DNA of 64,000 bases, taken from assembly GCF_026210795.1 (NCBI RefSeq), contig NC_089435.1, positions 3,534,001 to 3,598,000 of the forward strand, given 5' to 3'. The notes under the pieces were generated by a model, which was not told where the DNA came from, searched no databases, and saw only the letters and a list, made by a program, of their open reading frames with translations. This document shows positions 13,128-26,926 of the stretch, piece by piece. The DNA comes from Rhizophagus irregularis. Taxonomy: Eukaryota. Positions within the stretch are counted from its first letter, which is position 1; each line of letters opens with the position of its first letter. The translations under genes were made by a program, and so were the position numbers.

Positions 13128-14711
13128 TCAATAAAAGTAATATTCTGACTCTTCTTCTTCCTTTATATTCTCAATCCTAAATTTAATAATATCTAACTTT
13201 TTATATTCTTCAATTATTTTCAAATTTTGATCACGATTACTTAACTCATCATGACTATCCTCATTATTCTCATCATTAATAATATTCCCCTTATACTCCT
13301 CATACTCATCAATAGTAGTATTCCTAATAATAACTAATGTAAGTAATTTTTTTGGTTTTCTATTCTTCCAACTTATAAGAAATAATTCTAAATCTTTTGA
13401 ATTTATCAAGTATAAATTTGAATTGTACAATACTAATTCACAAAAATATTTTGACGAATAAGTTGCAACAATATCAAATAATATTCCAGTCATATCTTTT
13501 TTCCCACACCAAACGCTAATGAATTCTAAGTATTGACAATTATTAAATATAGTCTCTAATGTATTATATGATTCACCTGAATTAATTCTTACACTAAGTC
13601 TTTCAAGATTTGGACAAAAATTTGCAATAGATAAAATTAAATTTTTATTCAAGCCTTTCGGATTAAATACAGTATTAAATATCCCTTCACATATTCCTTC
13701 ACATATATAAACCCTTCTAAGATTTTTTCCATTAATTTCTAAAAATTTCATCAAATATTCAGGCTTTGGACATTGATAAGGAATTTTTAAAGTTTGTAAT
13801 TTAGGAAAATTAATATGTTGTAACTTTTCGAAATCTTTAATATTAATATATGATACAAAATAAGATAAGAATGAAAATTTAAATTCTTGTAAATTTGTGA
13901 ATAAACTTATAAATGATAATGGTAAATTATCATTATTTTCACTATGAAGATGTAATTTTGTTAACTTATTAGAGTTTTTAGTTAAAGAAGGTATAATTTT
14001 TTTCCAACTAGTACCAGAACGAACTCTTAAAGTTAAACTTTTTAAATTATTCTGTAAAGAAATTAATTCTTTTAACTTATTTGAAATATCATTTTCAAAT
14101 GATATAGAAATTGATTGTAAATTATGACATATCTGGGATAACTGATGAAAAAAATCAGAAGAAAGATTTGAATTACATTGAAATTCTGAAAGATTTCTTA
14201 TTCCAGGTAAACAGGAGAAAGAATAATTATTCTTTAATGGACAATAACAATAAGTCAATATTTTTAAAGAAGCTTGATTCATAAACATCTTGATAACTTC
14301 ATTTGTAATTAGATATTTTTTATCTTCTATATTAATTTGATTAATAGTTAATTCATTTCCAAGACTATAATTAATTATTTTACTTATATCAGTAATTGAA
14401 AGTTTCTTACAAAATTTTGCATAATTAAATAATGGTGATTGTAAAGTTGGTTTTGAAATGAAAATTTCATTATTAAATATGAGTTCTTTTGATTCATTAG
14501 GAAGACATGCAATTATTGTATTGAAAAATGATAATGATGAGGTTTTGTAACTACTAATATCCTTAATATCTCTCCACAAAATTTTAACAGAAATTTCACA
14601 CAAGAGACGATTAACTAACAAACATGAATGTAAAGTAATTCTATCTTTCTCAAAATATTCAATAATTTCATGTAAACAATCAAATGGAAGAGTTGTAAGT
14701 TTACAAGTCAT
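13128..14711 (-). CDS. F-box domain protein with LRR/RNI-like C-terminus
   Basis: LPFDCLHEIIEYF..LHSCLLVNRLLCEISVKILW F-box-like N-terminus. Start chosen at MTCKL (14711) by comparison with the paralog at 23538-25040. Confidence 0.85.
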   Translation of the reverse strand: MTCKLTTLPFDCLHEIIEYFEKDRITLHSCLLVNRLLCEISVKILWRDIKDISSYKTSSLSFFNTIIACLPNESKELIFNNEIFISKPTLQSPLFNYAKFCKKLSITDISKIINYSLGNELTINQINIEDKKYLITNEVIKMFMNQASLKILTYCYCPLKNNYSFSCLPGIRNLSEFQCNSNLSSDFFHQLSQICHNLQSISISFENDISNKLKELISLQNNLKSLTLRVRSGTSWKKIIPSLTKNSNKLTKLHLHSENNDNLPLSFISLFTNLQEFKFSFLSYFVSYINIKDFEKLQHINFPKLQTLKIPYQCPKPEYLMKFLEINGKNLRRVYICEGICEGIFNTVFNPKGLNKNLILSIANFCPNLERLSVRINSGESYNTLETIFNNCQYLEFISVWCGKKDMTGILFDIVATYSSKYFCELVLYNSNLYLINSKDLELFLISWKNRKPKKLLTLVIIRNTTIDEYEEYKGNIINDENNEDSHDELSNRDQNLKIIEEYKKLDIIKFRIENIKEEEESEYYFY

Positions 14712-15319
14712 TTTTATTTTTATGTTAATAAAAAAGATTCCAAAATGTGGGATAACCATTTATATGTAATTTGGCGTAAAACAACCCCTGCATTGTGTAA
14801 CTGTGTAACTTTCACAAGTTTTTTGCAGATGTTGATCAATTTGACTTATGATTCGTAATTCCGGTCAAATTTATCTCTAACCGGTTTTAAGCAGTCCAAA
14901 TTAAAAAATGATATACATACCGTATATCGAGTAAACTTTAAATTTAAACCAAATTAGTATAAGGTATATTTCATAAATATTGAAATATATGGTTGGACAG
15001 TATCTGATTGTAGTTGGTAGTGATTCTATAATCTATTATTATTCCCTTTATGGAAAATAACGCCCAGAATATAATTGTTAGTTGTACAGCATACCATATT
15101 TATTTACAACATGACATCTATCTAATTTATTATTTATGGTTACCATTTTGTTTTCACAAAGAAGTTCAAACAAAATAAAATCATACTGCGTTAAATGCAA
15201 TGACTACGGTAAAAATTTCTATTTCTGTATAGTTTTAACTACAATAAGAATGTGGTGTAATAATAAGTGCTATATAGCAAAATAAAAATGTGGCGGGCGG
15301 ACTGGGTACTTTTTTGTTA

Positions 15320-15883
15320 GGGTATGGTACGAAATCCCGAAACTCAAAATCCAATAGGCCAAAGTCCCGAAACTCAAAATCCAACAGGCTAAAATCCCGA
15401 AACTCAAAATCCAACAGGCTAAAATCCCGAAACTCAAAAATCCAAAAATCCAAAAATCCTGACAGGTACAAAATCCCGACTGGTCAAAATCCCGAAAATA
15501 TATTTTATTTAATCCTAACCAACCCTAACCTAAGTCTAAGCTCTCCTTCCAATGCAATAAATCTTAACAAACTAACTCTAACCTAACCCTAAGTTCCCTC
15601 TCCCAACGCGATAAATCCTAACAAACTAACCCTAACATAACCCTAATAATAAAAAATGGAACACTTGAGTATAAATAATTAATATAATATACCACCTGTC
15701 CGAATCTCAAAACTCGAAAAAATTCCAAAACTTAATTCCTGGCAGTATATATATATATATTTACATATATAAACATTAAAGCTTAATGCGGGCCAATTTT
15801 TCTGGATTTTGGACCTGTCGGATTTTGAACTGTTGGGATTTTGGATTTCGGGATTTTGAGTTTCTGGATTTTGGACAGCACCC
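15320..15883. mobile_element. Non-autonomous TIR element with 30-bp subterminal tandem repeats and 8-bp target-site duplication
   Basis: Termini gggtatggtacgaaatcc / ggattttggacagcaccc; ttttgtta on both flanks (15312-15319, 15884-15891); aaatcccgaaactcaaaatcc repeats on the left and their complements on the right; internal aaccctaa motifs. Confidence 0.8.
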
Positions 15884-17606
15884 TTTTGTTATATGCTCTG
15901 TAGGAAATCTTTGCAAACCCTGACAATTACACGAGATTGTCAACTTTATTTTAATAAGTAGCGATGCAAAAAGATTTTCCTATAATTCATACCTGAAAGT
16001 ACCTAATAATGAACTACTAACAGATAAACAGGTAACGTTAGTTCCAACAAAAATTATTATCATAATTAGTAGTCAAGCAATATTTTTTCTCCAGCATATA
16101 GTACATCGTTTAGTAGATATGAAATTTACTCTCTAAACCATATAATAAATTCCATGCGCTGTTGGTATTCTTCAAGTATGTGGTTAACGTATTTCCTCTC
16201 ATTGTATAATCTGTATATCGTTCTACTTAATAAAAAAAACTAAAAATATTCCGCTTGTTATTTAACTACACTAGTGATCCAAATGAACGAATAAAAGATT
16301 CAAACACGTGTCATAATGATAATGCGATAATATTTTTTGTAATCGATGGGACTAAAACTGTTATAGTGAAAGTACGACGATGAATATGTCAATTTATTTT
16401 TTATGCATCCATACTATTATTAATTTTTTCACTCAAAATACTTTCGAATTAATAAATTATAAATATTTTATTATATTTAGTTAATTGACTGGCGACATCG
16501 GATAATTGAAATTAATTATACATATGATTATACGAGAATAATAGAAATATTTCGAAAGTGGTGTATTTGAATTAGTATTGAATGTGTTATCTGATCACGA
16601 AAATAATTCCATCGTAATTATTATGTAATAATTATTTTTATGATTAATCTGTAGAGTAGCTGAATACTATAATCACATATGCGATCACAGTTGAAGAGAT
16701 GGGATCTTGGTTATTCTCGTAATACAAAAAAAATGGCTAACGGGTAAACAGATTGGAACACTATAATATGTTAAGCACATACCGTAGGTTGATCTTTATC
16801 AGTCCAGGTTTGATGGTTTTGTTCAGCTCGGCTTGCCATAATTTACATCCCGACTATTATCGACTTCATCAGCTTTGTATTTATGCCAATGAGAAAAAAC
16901 AGAGATTGAACTAATCGTTACATTAGCTGTCATCTAATTTATTTTTTTATTTTTTTAATTTTTTAAAAAAAAGGATTAATAAGGTATTATTTTTTTTTTA
17001 CATAAATAATAGATTAAAAATTACTTCCAAAATATCATCATGAGGAGGTTCCTCATTGAGAGAAAATTTCCTGTAAACCTATTAAACTACATCACCAGAT
17101 GTAAAATCGGGAATCCATTTCAGAACTGATGGATTTTTTGGAAAAAAGGAATTTATTTTTAAATTCTTTGTCGTATTATCTTCTTTTCTCATAATACCAA
17201 TAGTTTCTTTTGTAATAAAATTATTACTTTCTCATTCAACAATTGAATGAATTACACAAATTAAAGTGAGTTTTTCTGATTTAGTATTTATTTTTTTTTA
17301 TTTATTTAATTTAATATGAAATAATTTATTTTTTTTATTTTTTATGTAAGGAATAGACATTTTATTAATATATTTTTCTTAATCGATTTTTTTTTCTTTT
17401 TTTTCCTTTTTTTTTCGAAAAAAAAGAAATATTTATTAAATATTTTTTTTATATGAGCATCATTAAATTAAAAATGAAGTCAATATTTCTTCATAAATAG
17501 AATCTTTTTTTCTTTACGATCAAATATTTTTTGATGCAATTATATTATATCTTGTAAAAAAAAAAAATATTTTAAATGGGAAAATTTGATTACATAATGA
17601 TTGACA

Positions 17607-17761
17607 CCCTGTAAAAAGACTAATATCCGTTTTTTTTTATTCCACCTTTTTTCCGTAAAAGGCTCATATTTCCGTAATTAATATCTTTATATCACGGAAT
17701 TTTATCGAATTATTTGCATTTTCCGTGAATGGATCAATAACGGATAAAATTTTTTATAGGG
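17607..17761. mobile_element. CCC-terminal MITE
   Basis: ccctgtaaaaa...ttttttataggg with (g)aca duplicated on both flanks; related in reverse orientation to 44495-44676. Confidence 0.7.
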
Positions 17762-18145
17762 GACATTTGAAATCTTCCATGTTTTTTCTTTATTTAACTG
17801 ATAAATGGTAAAAGAATATAAACTTTTTTTTTTTAATTAAAAAAAAAAAGAAAAAAAAGAAAAAAATAATTCATTTTATTTATCTGTGATATCATTTTAT
17901 GGTGATAAATTTTTTTTTTTTTGATAGCTTTCATAGTACTTTTTTTTATCATAGTAAATAAATTAATTATGCTTATCATTTTCCATTTTGTTACGTACAT
18001 GCGTACATGATTGCGTACATGATTATGTACATGATTACGTACATGATCGTCATTTTTTTAAGAATCACGTTTTTTTTTAAAAAAAAGATAGCCATCCGTA
18101 GAGAGGCTAACTGCGGATCCAATACTTGAAGCTTCAAGCTTAGTG

Positions 18146-18322
18146 TTCCAATCCGTTAAGCTGGCGGATAAACGGATAAGGCGATTATTTACACTGACCT
18201 GTAGAGCCCAATATCTATTAGCTTAGGTCAATTTATAATTTATCAGAATATACTATAGGGTAGACATCTGATATATTTATTTGAATTCTATCTGTTTATC
18301 CGTCAGTTTAACGGATTGGAAC
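18146..18322. repeat. Inverted repeat / foldback
   Basis: gttccaatccgttaagctggcggataaacggata versus tatctgtttatccgtcagtttaacggattggaac. Confidence 0.65.
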
Positions 18323-18469
18323 TCTAATTCAAGCTTCAGACTTAATATAAAATGCTGGAAAGCTTAAGCTATATTTGGGCATCAAACTAACAATAAATTT
18401 ATTAAAATAATGCTACAATTAAAGCTAGACACATTACACAGGCTTTTCGGTATTCTTATCTAACAAGCT

Positions 18470-18715
18470 AATAAAATTTCATTAAAGGTAAATCGTTGAT
18501 AGAAAGTTTTGAAAGCTAAAAGTAAGAGCGAAAACTATAGTAAAATAGATAATAGTCGCACAGGTAAGATTACATTAATTATTATTATTGGATTAATAAA
18601 ATTTCATTAAAGGTAAAAGTAAATCTAAAGAAAATAGTTGATAGAAAGTTTTGAAAGCTAAAAGTAGAGCGAAAACTATGTAAAATAGATAATAGTCACG
18701 CAGAGTAAAATTACA
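18470..18715. repeat. ~120-bp tandem duplication downstream of the secreted-protein gene
   Basis: taataaaatttcattaaaggtaaa...gttgatagaaagttttgaaagctaaaagt...gtaaaatagataatagtc occurs twice. Confidence 0.8.
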
Positions 18716-18827
18716 ATATATTGTATATAGTATTAACTTAATAGAACAAGGTTCTGATGATCAGAATCCGTTAAAAATGAATGATTGAAAAAAAAAGAAA
18801 TCGTGTAACATTATTGCTAAAGTTGAT

Positions 18828-19274
18828 TTAGCATTCGTATACATCCCAAGAATCTATTTTACCATGAAAGTGCCAACATTTATCTCCATCATTATTATAT
18901 GGGCCGCGCCATTTATCATCTTCAGTAGACGCAGCAACTCTAAAAGCAACCCAATATGATGACACGTTATCAGGAACATTCAAGCTATAACCTGTATGAG
19001 CCCAGTCGCCCTCTATGTCAATTGCGCCAGCATCACCACTCCAATCAAAGTTCCCTTTTTTATTTGTTAAGACGGTTGCAGCATTAGTCCATGTACCAGC
19101 AGTTACCTTGTTATGTATCCATACGGTATGGTCCGCATACACTTATTCAATAGAAAGTTATTAGAACAGAAGATTATTTTGTCATGATTATTAAAATTTA
19201 CCTTCAGTGAACGGCGTTAAGGCTTGGATAAAAATGATTGCAACGATCATGGTAAAAGAAAAGGAAGATTTCAT
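18828..19274 (-). CDS. Small secreted protein, 128 aa, two exons
   Basis: Exon 1 19274-19202 encodes MKSSFSFTMIVAIIFIQALTPFTE (signal-peptide-like); 60-nt GT-AG intron; exon 2 19141-18828 continues in frame as VYADHTVWIHNK...WDVYEC. Trp-rich, two Cys. Confidence 0.85.
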
Positions 19275-20176
19275 GGTGAATGAACTTTTTTTTTTTTCAG
19301 TAGAGGTAGTGAGGAATTTTTTCGGTGGGTGAAATGGGGACCTTTTTATTAGACACTTAGCTGATCTCAGTCATGTGAACAAAATTTAGCAATAAATGTG
19401 CTCTCCATTCTACTTTCTGTTTTATCCCTTAATATAATACGGAGAATGATGCAAATCTGGATGAAATAAATGACAACGACTATATATAAAATCATTATGT
19501 ACTTAAAAAAAAAAAACTTTATTAATGAAAATGTAAGTGATAATGAAAAGTTATAATGAAAATATCTTAATAAAAAAGGACCGCATGTTTCCAAAAGTCC
19601 CTGAAACCTTCTTTCTAATTCATGTTGGCCTTTGGTCGGCCTTTATTAGAGGTATAATATACGTTGTAAACTAGAACTGTGGCCCGCCAAGAATTCAGTA
19701 AATCAATATTCGGGAATTCCTGGTAATCCTTCTCCTTGTTTCGCATGAGATGCTAATCCTTATTGAGGATGGACCGGATCTATACCTAAATAAAAAAGGG
19801 TTATTCGATCCCTTAACGGGTATTACTCATTTTATACTTTACCATATATGACCTGAGTAATATCCTGGTATACTTGGGTAAATAATTTTATAAAATTTAA
19901 AAATTTAACGCAATTTTATTGTTATAATTTGAAAACAATCCATTTTTGTAATTTTATAGTTACTGTAAATTTAATAAAACAATAAAATTGTTTATAAAAT
20001 ATCATTTAATTATTTCAACTTTTTTCCGTTAGTAGCCTTAAAAATTAAAATACATTAATAAAATGAGTATGTTTATTTTGGAAAGTAAGATTCAGCTTAT
20101 TCTTACCATATGGAGGGTTCCGCCTTAAAAAGAGATTTTTTTTTTTAATATATTTGCTCCATACTCCCATTTTTAT

Positions 20177-20358
20177 CCCTATAAAAAATTTTTATCCGAA
20201 AATGTCCGTGTCTTCCGTAAAAATTCCGTAAAATGATACATTCACGGATATCCGTGTCGGTGAGATGAAAATTTCAAGACTATTATAAATTCCATGAAAA
20301 TGATACATTCACGGAAAAAACATGGAAAGATAAAACACGGATCAGATTTTTTACAGGG
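20177..20358. mobile_element. CCC-terminal MITE with 3-bp TSD (tat)
   Basis: ccctataaaaaat...attttttacaggg; tat on both flanks; second copy at 4783. Confidence 0.75.
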
Positions 20359-20447
20359 TATTAGTAATATGGTTGTTTGCGTCAAATACTTTAATCATTT
20401 TCTACTTCCGTGTATATCCGGATCATCTAGAGACTGCCCCGAGCAAT

Positions 20448-20610
20448 ATATGGGAGGTGGTCAGTAGAAAAGGAGGAAATCCAAATTTTGGTCAAAATTT
20501 TTTTTATCAGTTTACTTTGCCAATCATGGTCATGGGAACAAAATTAGCTTAATAACCAAAAATCTTAAAATTTTTGAATTTCCCCCTTTTCTACTGACCG
20601 CCTCCCATAT
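20448..20610. mobile_element. MITE in a TA-repeat context
   Basis: tatgggaggtggtcagtagaaaagg versus ccttttctactgaccgcctcccata. Confidence 0.8.
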
Positions 20611-21138
20611 ATATATATATATAGGTAACAAGAAAGGTCAAAAAATTTATAATAGCTCTACGCAAGGTTTTTATTAAGATAAATAAGCAAACTCAACATG
20701 TGAATTCACTAATTGAACAAATCAAATCATATTCCCTTATAAAATTTTTTAGTACGAAAAAAATCACAGTATCCAACTATTGTCATTTTATTATTCATTT
20801 TATCAATTAGTTCATCATTTTTTCAATAATGACATCACGACCAAAATATTCATCATATTTCTTTTCATTCTCTATCAGCTTAGTATATTACCATCAATTA
20901 AAACTTTTGTTTATTAGATGGTACATGATATCACTAATGGAAATGTTAATTAAGAATTTTCATAATTAAATATTGCCTAATTTATAAAAAAATAAGCAAT
21001 AATAACATATGACTTGTTGAAATCCCGCCAAAATTAAGCAAATAAAAATTATGACGTTAGCCATAAATATCGTTAATTTTAAGCAAATATTAACCTGTCA
21101 AAACGGTATGTGGCTAAGCAAATAATATTGTTTCCTAT

Positions 21139-21728
21139 GGTATCAGGCATTTCACTGAAGGCCGTTTCGCCGAAACCCATTTCGCCAATGCCATTTCGCA
21201 TTTCGCCGAAGGATGTTTCGCCGAAGCCATTTCGCCGTATAGGTTATTTCGCCGAATGACATTTGCCGAAACATTATTTATTACATTTGTTTATTTTATT
21301 GTTTTTTTTTTACATTTTTTACACCTATTAAGCCACTTTCGATCATCAATTAGCTAATCTTCAAATAAACGTACATATCCCCAAATAAACTACAGTACAG
21401 TACAGTTACAGTACAGTGTATACTAAAATAAAAAAATACATACAAAAATAAACTGCATAAAACTAAATATATATATTATATTAATATTATTTCTAAATAA
21501 ATGCTAAAATTCACGTAACATTCATTACTAATAATTTCACGGCTTAATTTTTTTAACTATTAGTGATCGCTTTATGTTTTATTCATATATTTTTTTAATA
21601 AATAAATAAAAAAATTTTTTATTTTCATTGCGCGATTAATATTTTTATAAAAATAATAATCGTTATCATTTCTATCATTTTCGAAATGGCTTCGGCGAAA
21701 TGGCTTTCGGTGAAATGTACCGTAACCG
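21139..21728. mobile_element. Non-autonomous TIR element with tttcgccgaa subterminal repeats
   Basis: Repeated catttcgccgaa on the left, ttcggcgaaatg on the right; GG...CC termini. Confidence 0.7.
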
Positions 21729-23537
21729 CTGGAATTATGAATTAGCCGCAGTAATATGAGATGCATTGATTATATTAATCTGGTGCACACGAATTTGTAC
21801 AAGATTTTATTTATTTATGGATAGTTGAGATAAATACAGTAAATACCGAAAATATTATATAATAAGATCAGCAAAGAATAAAACTGTAAAAAAATCGTCC
21901 AATTACTCAGACCTCAAACTACACAAAAGAAGGACTCTAACTGAAACCCGACCGAATCAGCAAAGCCAAAAACGAGATAAAAAAAAAAGCACCGGGGAAA
22001 AGAATATGACCAAAAAAGGGGGGAAAAAGGAAAAAAAGCTAAAGCTAAAATTAAAAAACCCGCAGACCGTACCTACACCATCCTACAAAACTCCTTACCA
22101 CCACCTTTTTGTCACCAACACTCTACAGTGGTTCCTACAAAAAGAAAAGAGAGAAGGGAGACCGAAGTTAGCAACAACCGTTCGTCTTCTACTCCGTTAG
22201 AAAGATTTTGCTCGAAATCATATTAAGTGAGAAGATTCGGGATTAATTTCAACAAGGAGCGAGTATCGTCATTCGTTTTTTTATCTTTCTTGGATTTGTC
22301 ACGTGACTTGGTCGAAGAAGAGGGTTGTTTAGAACCCAACTTCTTCTCCTTGTTGGATTTCGAGTTTCGCTTTCCAACGATCAAGAATATTACAATAAGA
22401 TTTAACCTTCGAAGTCTCGAGTAGACGTCGAATGGTTGCCCTTTTAGGTAGTGGAAACGTTCACGTTCCTTTCGCGAATTTGTACAAGACATTCCACTAG
22501 ATTGCATTTTGATCGGTAATAAAAATCAAACCGCAATCACGTGACATTAACTACCCGTTTTCATCACGGTCATGTTTTTCGTTTCTTAAAATATTTCTCC
22601 GGAGGTTGTACAGATTTTTTTTTAACGATATTGGATTTTTTTATCAGATTTTTTTTTTGCAAAGTTTTCTTTAAATTTTTCAAATACTTCTTTTGAACGC
22701 ATTGTGTTGCAACTTTTGCAAAAGGGTATTGTTAGATGTTAAAGACATAACACAAGAAAAAGAGAATGATAGTAGGTTTCATAATCAAATTAATTATATT
22801 ACACGGATCAACGTGTAATACTTTACCAGATCGTATCAAAATTTTAGTTAAAAGTTATACTATCTGGTTACTATTTTGTTACTAAAGTATACGTTTCGAT
22901 ATTTTTCATAGTACTATTATCTGTTTCGTGTGATAATATCTTTTACATCAATTTTTCTATTTATATAACACAAATTATTATTGATACTAAATTCATATAG
23001 CTTCTTTAATGAAATATTTGAAGGTGAAATGGTCAATTATATGTTACTTTCTCAAGAGTAACTTTATATCAACATATTAAAGTTCTCATAGATGATAGTG
23101 AAAATCGCAAGACAAAAAACATTGTATACCATGAGATATTTCATTCTATAAGTAAATTTGTATTTGATAATAATAAAAATTCACTATTATTTGCATAAAC
23201 ACATAAATTATTTAAATTTATTATATTTCATTTTTTACTAATACATTATAATAATAGTAAAAAAAACAAGATCTATTATCTAATAAAATATAAATATGTT
23301 ATTATTACTTTCTTAGTTCGATAGTCCTTGGCGCAACATGAAGGGTACGCCTACTAGTTTTTATAATAAAAAATAAATAAATAAATAAAATACAATACAA
23401 TTTTGAAATCTATTAACCATCTACATTAACCTTAACATTTCAATGAAAATAAACTTTTTATATATTGATTTCCTTATTCGAATCTCAATCACCCCAAAAT
23501 AAAAAACAAACAATATAATAGTATATATGTAAAAAAG

Positions 23538-25040
23538 TTAACCACAATAATGGTCCTCCTCCTCCTCTTCTTTTTCTTTATCATCACTTTTAGTCAAAAA
23601 TTTAATAGTACCCAAGTCTTCATATTTTCCTATTATTTCTAAAGTTTCCGAACTAGTATTATTATAATAACGATCTTCATCATCCACAATAATTATTATT
23701 GAAAGCAATTTTTTTGGTGTTCTTTCTTCCCAACTTATAAAAAATGATTCTAAATCATCTGGAGATAAGTCTGATTTTGAAATATTGTATATTTTTAATT
23801 CACAAAAATTATTTGGTGAATATTTTGCAACAGTTTCTAATACCTCCTTTTCAGATAAAAATTCACTAAAATAACCTTTACCACACCAAATTTTAATACT
23901 TTCTAAGTATTGACAACTAATAAATATAGTTTTTAATATATCAATTTCACCGTTATTAAGTATTACGAAAAGACTTTTAAGGTTTGGACAAAATTTAGCA
24001 ATAGATAAACTTAAATCTTTGTTATTTTCATCTGTATAAAACTTTTTAAGGGTTTTTCCATTATTTTCTAAAAATTTCATCATATACTGAGGATTTGGAC
24101 ATTGATAAGGAATTTTTAAAACTTGTAATTTAGAAAATTTAATATATTGTAACATTCTAAAATCTTCAAAACCTGTTCCATCAAAAAATGAAAATAAAAA
24201 TTCTTGTAAATTTGAAAATAAACTGATAAATGAAAGTGGTAATTCTTCATTACCACCATAAAGTTGTAATTTTGTTATTGTATGAGAGTGTTTTGTTATA
24301 GCAGGTATAATATCTGCCCAACTTTTCTCAAAAGCTGATAGAGATAATTTTTTTAAATTATTTTGTGAAGAAATTAATTCTTTTAATTCATTTGAAACAT
24401 AATCATCAAATGATATAGAAATTGATTGTAAATTATGGCATATTTGAGAAAGTTGATGAAAAAAATCAGAAGGAAGACTTGAACTACAACATAATTCTAA
24501 AAGATCTCTTGCTCCAGGAAAATGAGAGAAAGAAATACTAGTGTAAATATATTGTCCATGATAATAGTAAGGATGATAAGTCAATTTTCTCAAAGAAAAA
24601 ATTTGGTTTGCAAACATTTTGATAATTTCATTTGCAACTAAAATATTTTTATCTTTTGAACTTAATAAATTAATAGATGGTTTATTTTTGAAAATACTAT
24701 TAATCATCCATTTAATCTCATAAATTGAAAGAGCTTTACAAAATGATGCATAATTAAACAGTAATGGTTTTGAAGTAGGGGTTGAAATGAAAATTTTATT
24801 ATCACACAAGAGTTTTTTTGATTCATCTGGAAGACAAGCAATTAATGTACTAAGGATTGATGATGCTACCCTCGATGAACGTTGTTGATAATTAAAATTC
24901 CAAATATTCCTCCACAAAATTCTAACGGAAATTTCGCACCAAAGATGATTAGCTAACAAGCATGAGTGCAGAGTGAATTTATCCTCCTCTAAATATTCAA
25001 AAATATCATTTAAACAATCAGTTGGAAGTTGACATGTCAT
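23538..25040 (-). CDS. F-box domain protein with LRR/RNI-like C-terminus
   Basis: Intact 500-aa ORF, LPTDCLNDIFEYL..LHSCLLANHLWCEISVRILW; collinear paralog of 13128-14711. Confidence 0.9.
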   Translation of the reverse strand: MTCQLPTDCLNDIFEYLEEDKFTLHSCLLANHLWCEISVRILWRNIWNFNYQQRSSRVASSILSTLIACLPDESKKLLCDNKIFISTPTSKPLLFNYASFCKALSIYEIKWMINSIFKNKPSINLLSSKDKNILVANEIIKMFANQIFSLRKLTYHPYYYHGQYIYTSISFSHFPGARDLLELCCSSSLPSDFFHQLSQICHNLQSISISFDDYVSNELKELISSQNNLKKLSLSAFEKSWADIIPAITKHSHTITKLQLYGGNEELPLSFISLFSNLQEFLFSFFDGTGFEDFRMLQYIKFSKLQVLKIPYQCPNPQYMMKFLENNGKTLKKFYTDENNKDLSLSIAKFCPNLKSLFVILNNGEIDILKTIFISCQYLESIKIWCGKGYFSEFLSEKEVLETVAKYSPNNFCELKIYNISKSDLSPDDLESFFISWEERTPKKLLSIIIIVDDEDRYYNNTSSETLEIIGKYEDLGTIKFLTKSDDKEKEEEEEDHYCG

Positions 25041-26926
25041 TTTATTATTTCAAAAATTTTATTTTGGTATTTACGACTTAATGGAGTTATTTAAATTATT
25101 TTATTAAACACCTGCTGACCTATTGTGTAATAAACATTGCCATTAATTGATTGCACTATTGTGTAACAAAATTTTTGTTGATCGGTATAAATTTAGATCA
25201 TATGATGTAATCGCAGTCTAGATCGCGAAAATTAGAGCTGACTCATTTGATGTAACAAAAATTTTTTTGTTGATCGGTATAAATTTAGATCATATGATGT
25301 AATCACAGCGGCTATTGAGATTTACGACTACCTATTGTAATCTCAGAACTCGGAATTTTAGTTCATTATCAAAACTGACTGGTAATAAATTTGTTACACA
25401 GCGCATATGATTAGATGATGCGCGATTAATTTACACTGTTTTAAGTATTGATGATGTGCCAACTTATGAAATTTTGAATGGGATAAACTCATTTTACATT
25501 CATGTTTGTTGATTAATCGGTTATGGTGCAAAATTTGTGTAAGAATTTGTGTAAGAATATTTGGAATTTTAATCGTCAACAACGTCTATTGAAGGTAGCG
25601 TCATCATTCTTAGTATATTGATTGTTTATCTTCCTAATAACCAAAAGAGTTCTAATACAATATTAAAATTTCATTTAAACTTCCACTTCGAAATGATCAC
25701 TGCTTAATTACAAAGTTCTTCTCAATTGTAAAATGAGTAAAATAGTCAAATTTTAAAATTAATGAAATAATGGATGGCACACCTATAAGGATCCATTCTT
25801 TAGAACTGACCTTTTATAATAATAACTAGAGAAGTCGGTGACTAGATTTTAATAATATTTGTAGTATTCATTATTTATCATGATAAAGTATTTTATAATA
25901 ATATTTTTTTATTAAAGATTTAATAAAAGTTTTTAAGTTATAACGCATTTAAATTATGAAATAAGAAAATTCCATCACATTATTTCCATTTAATTTATCG
26001 TGATGTGTAATAAATAAAAAATTTCAATCAATGACAGATAAAGTATGGACGGGCAGATTAACAAATTCTGAATATTAGTAGATAGTTTGATTTTTCTCAA
26101 ATTAAGAAAAAACTTACAGGGAACTTAATTTTTTTTCAACCTTGATCTATTTTAGAAACTGTTGTTAAAAAATCATAAATTAACTAGAAAACGTATATTG
26201 TAAACCCAGGGCGGCGAATGTAAATAATTTAGGAAAACGCAACGATTTAATAAATTTTATAACGTTTTCAAAAATTGTTTTTTCTAAGATCAGACGTGCG
26301 TGATGCGGCGTGACAACCGGCGGATATCTTATGTTACAATTATTAGTGTTCTGCTCTTCGTTCTAGACGAATGAAAGTCGTACCAGAACCCTGGAAAAGC
26401 ATGTAGGTAAGTTGAAGAAGTGCGTAAAATAATCGTGTAGGTCTTTGCTTTTATGAATAATTTCTTGATAATACTAGTTAGGAATTATCATTATAATCCG
26501 GCCCTGAAAGAGATGTAAAATTTTTTGGCTGCAACTTGCCTATACGAGACCGCCCCGTACCCAATAATATCTCATATGTTAATTTAATCGCGATTATGTG
26601 TATAAAACTTGTGCACTTGTATAAGATGCTTTGCAAATTAAACATGAATCTCTATTCTCACCTAATTCAAATTTATTGGAAGACAAATCTTGTAATCGTA
26701 ATTATGAACTTCTAATTATATTGATAATTTTATAGATCTTTTCTCTCGGATGAAAATACCTAAAAATTGAAAGTATAGCATAGTCAGTAATTAACTGAAG
26801 GCTAATAATAGATATAATCATCACGCATCGTATTTTATTTCAAAAAAAAATATATATATTTGTTAAAATAATTTAAAATGATGCTTTATTATAATAAAAA
26901 TTACAAATTTATTTATATAATTAATC

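Noticed and set aside
15235..15586. Repetitive ORFs on both strands
   Set aside because: Translations of the 30-bp subterminal repeats of a TIR element.
21870..22545. Short ORFs in a more GC-rich patch
   Set aside because: Probably the end of a repeat; no motif or termini could be established.
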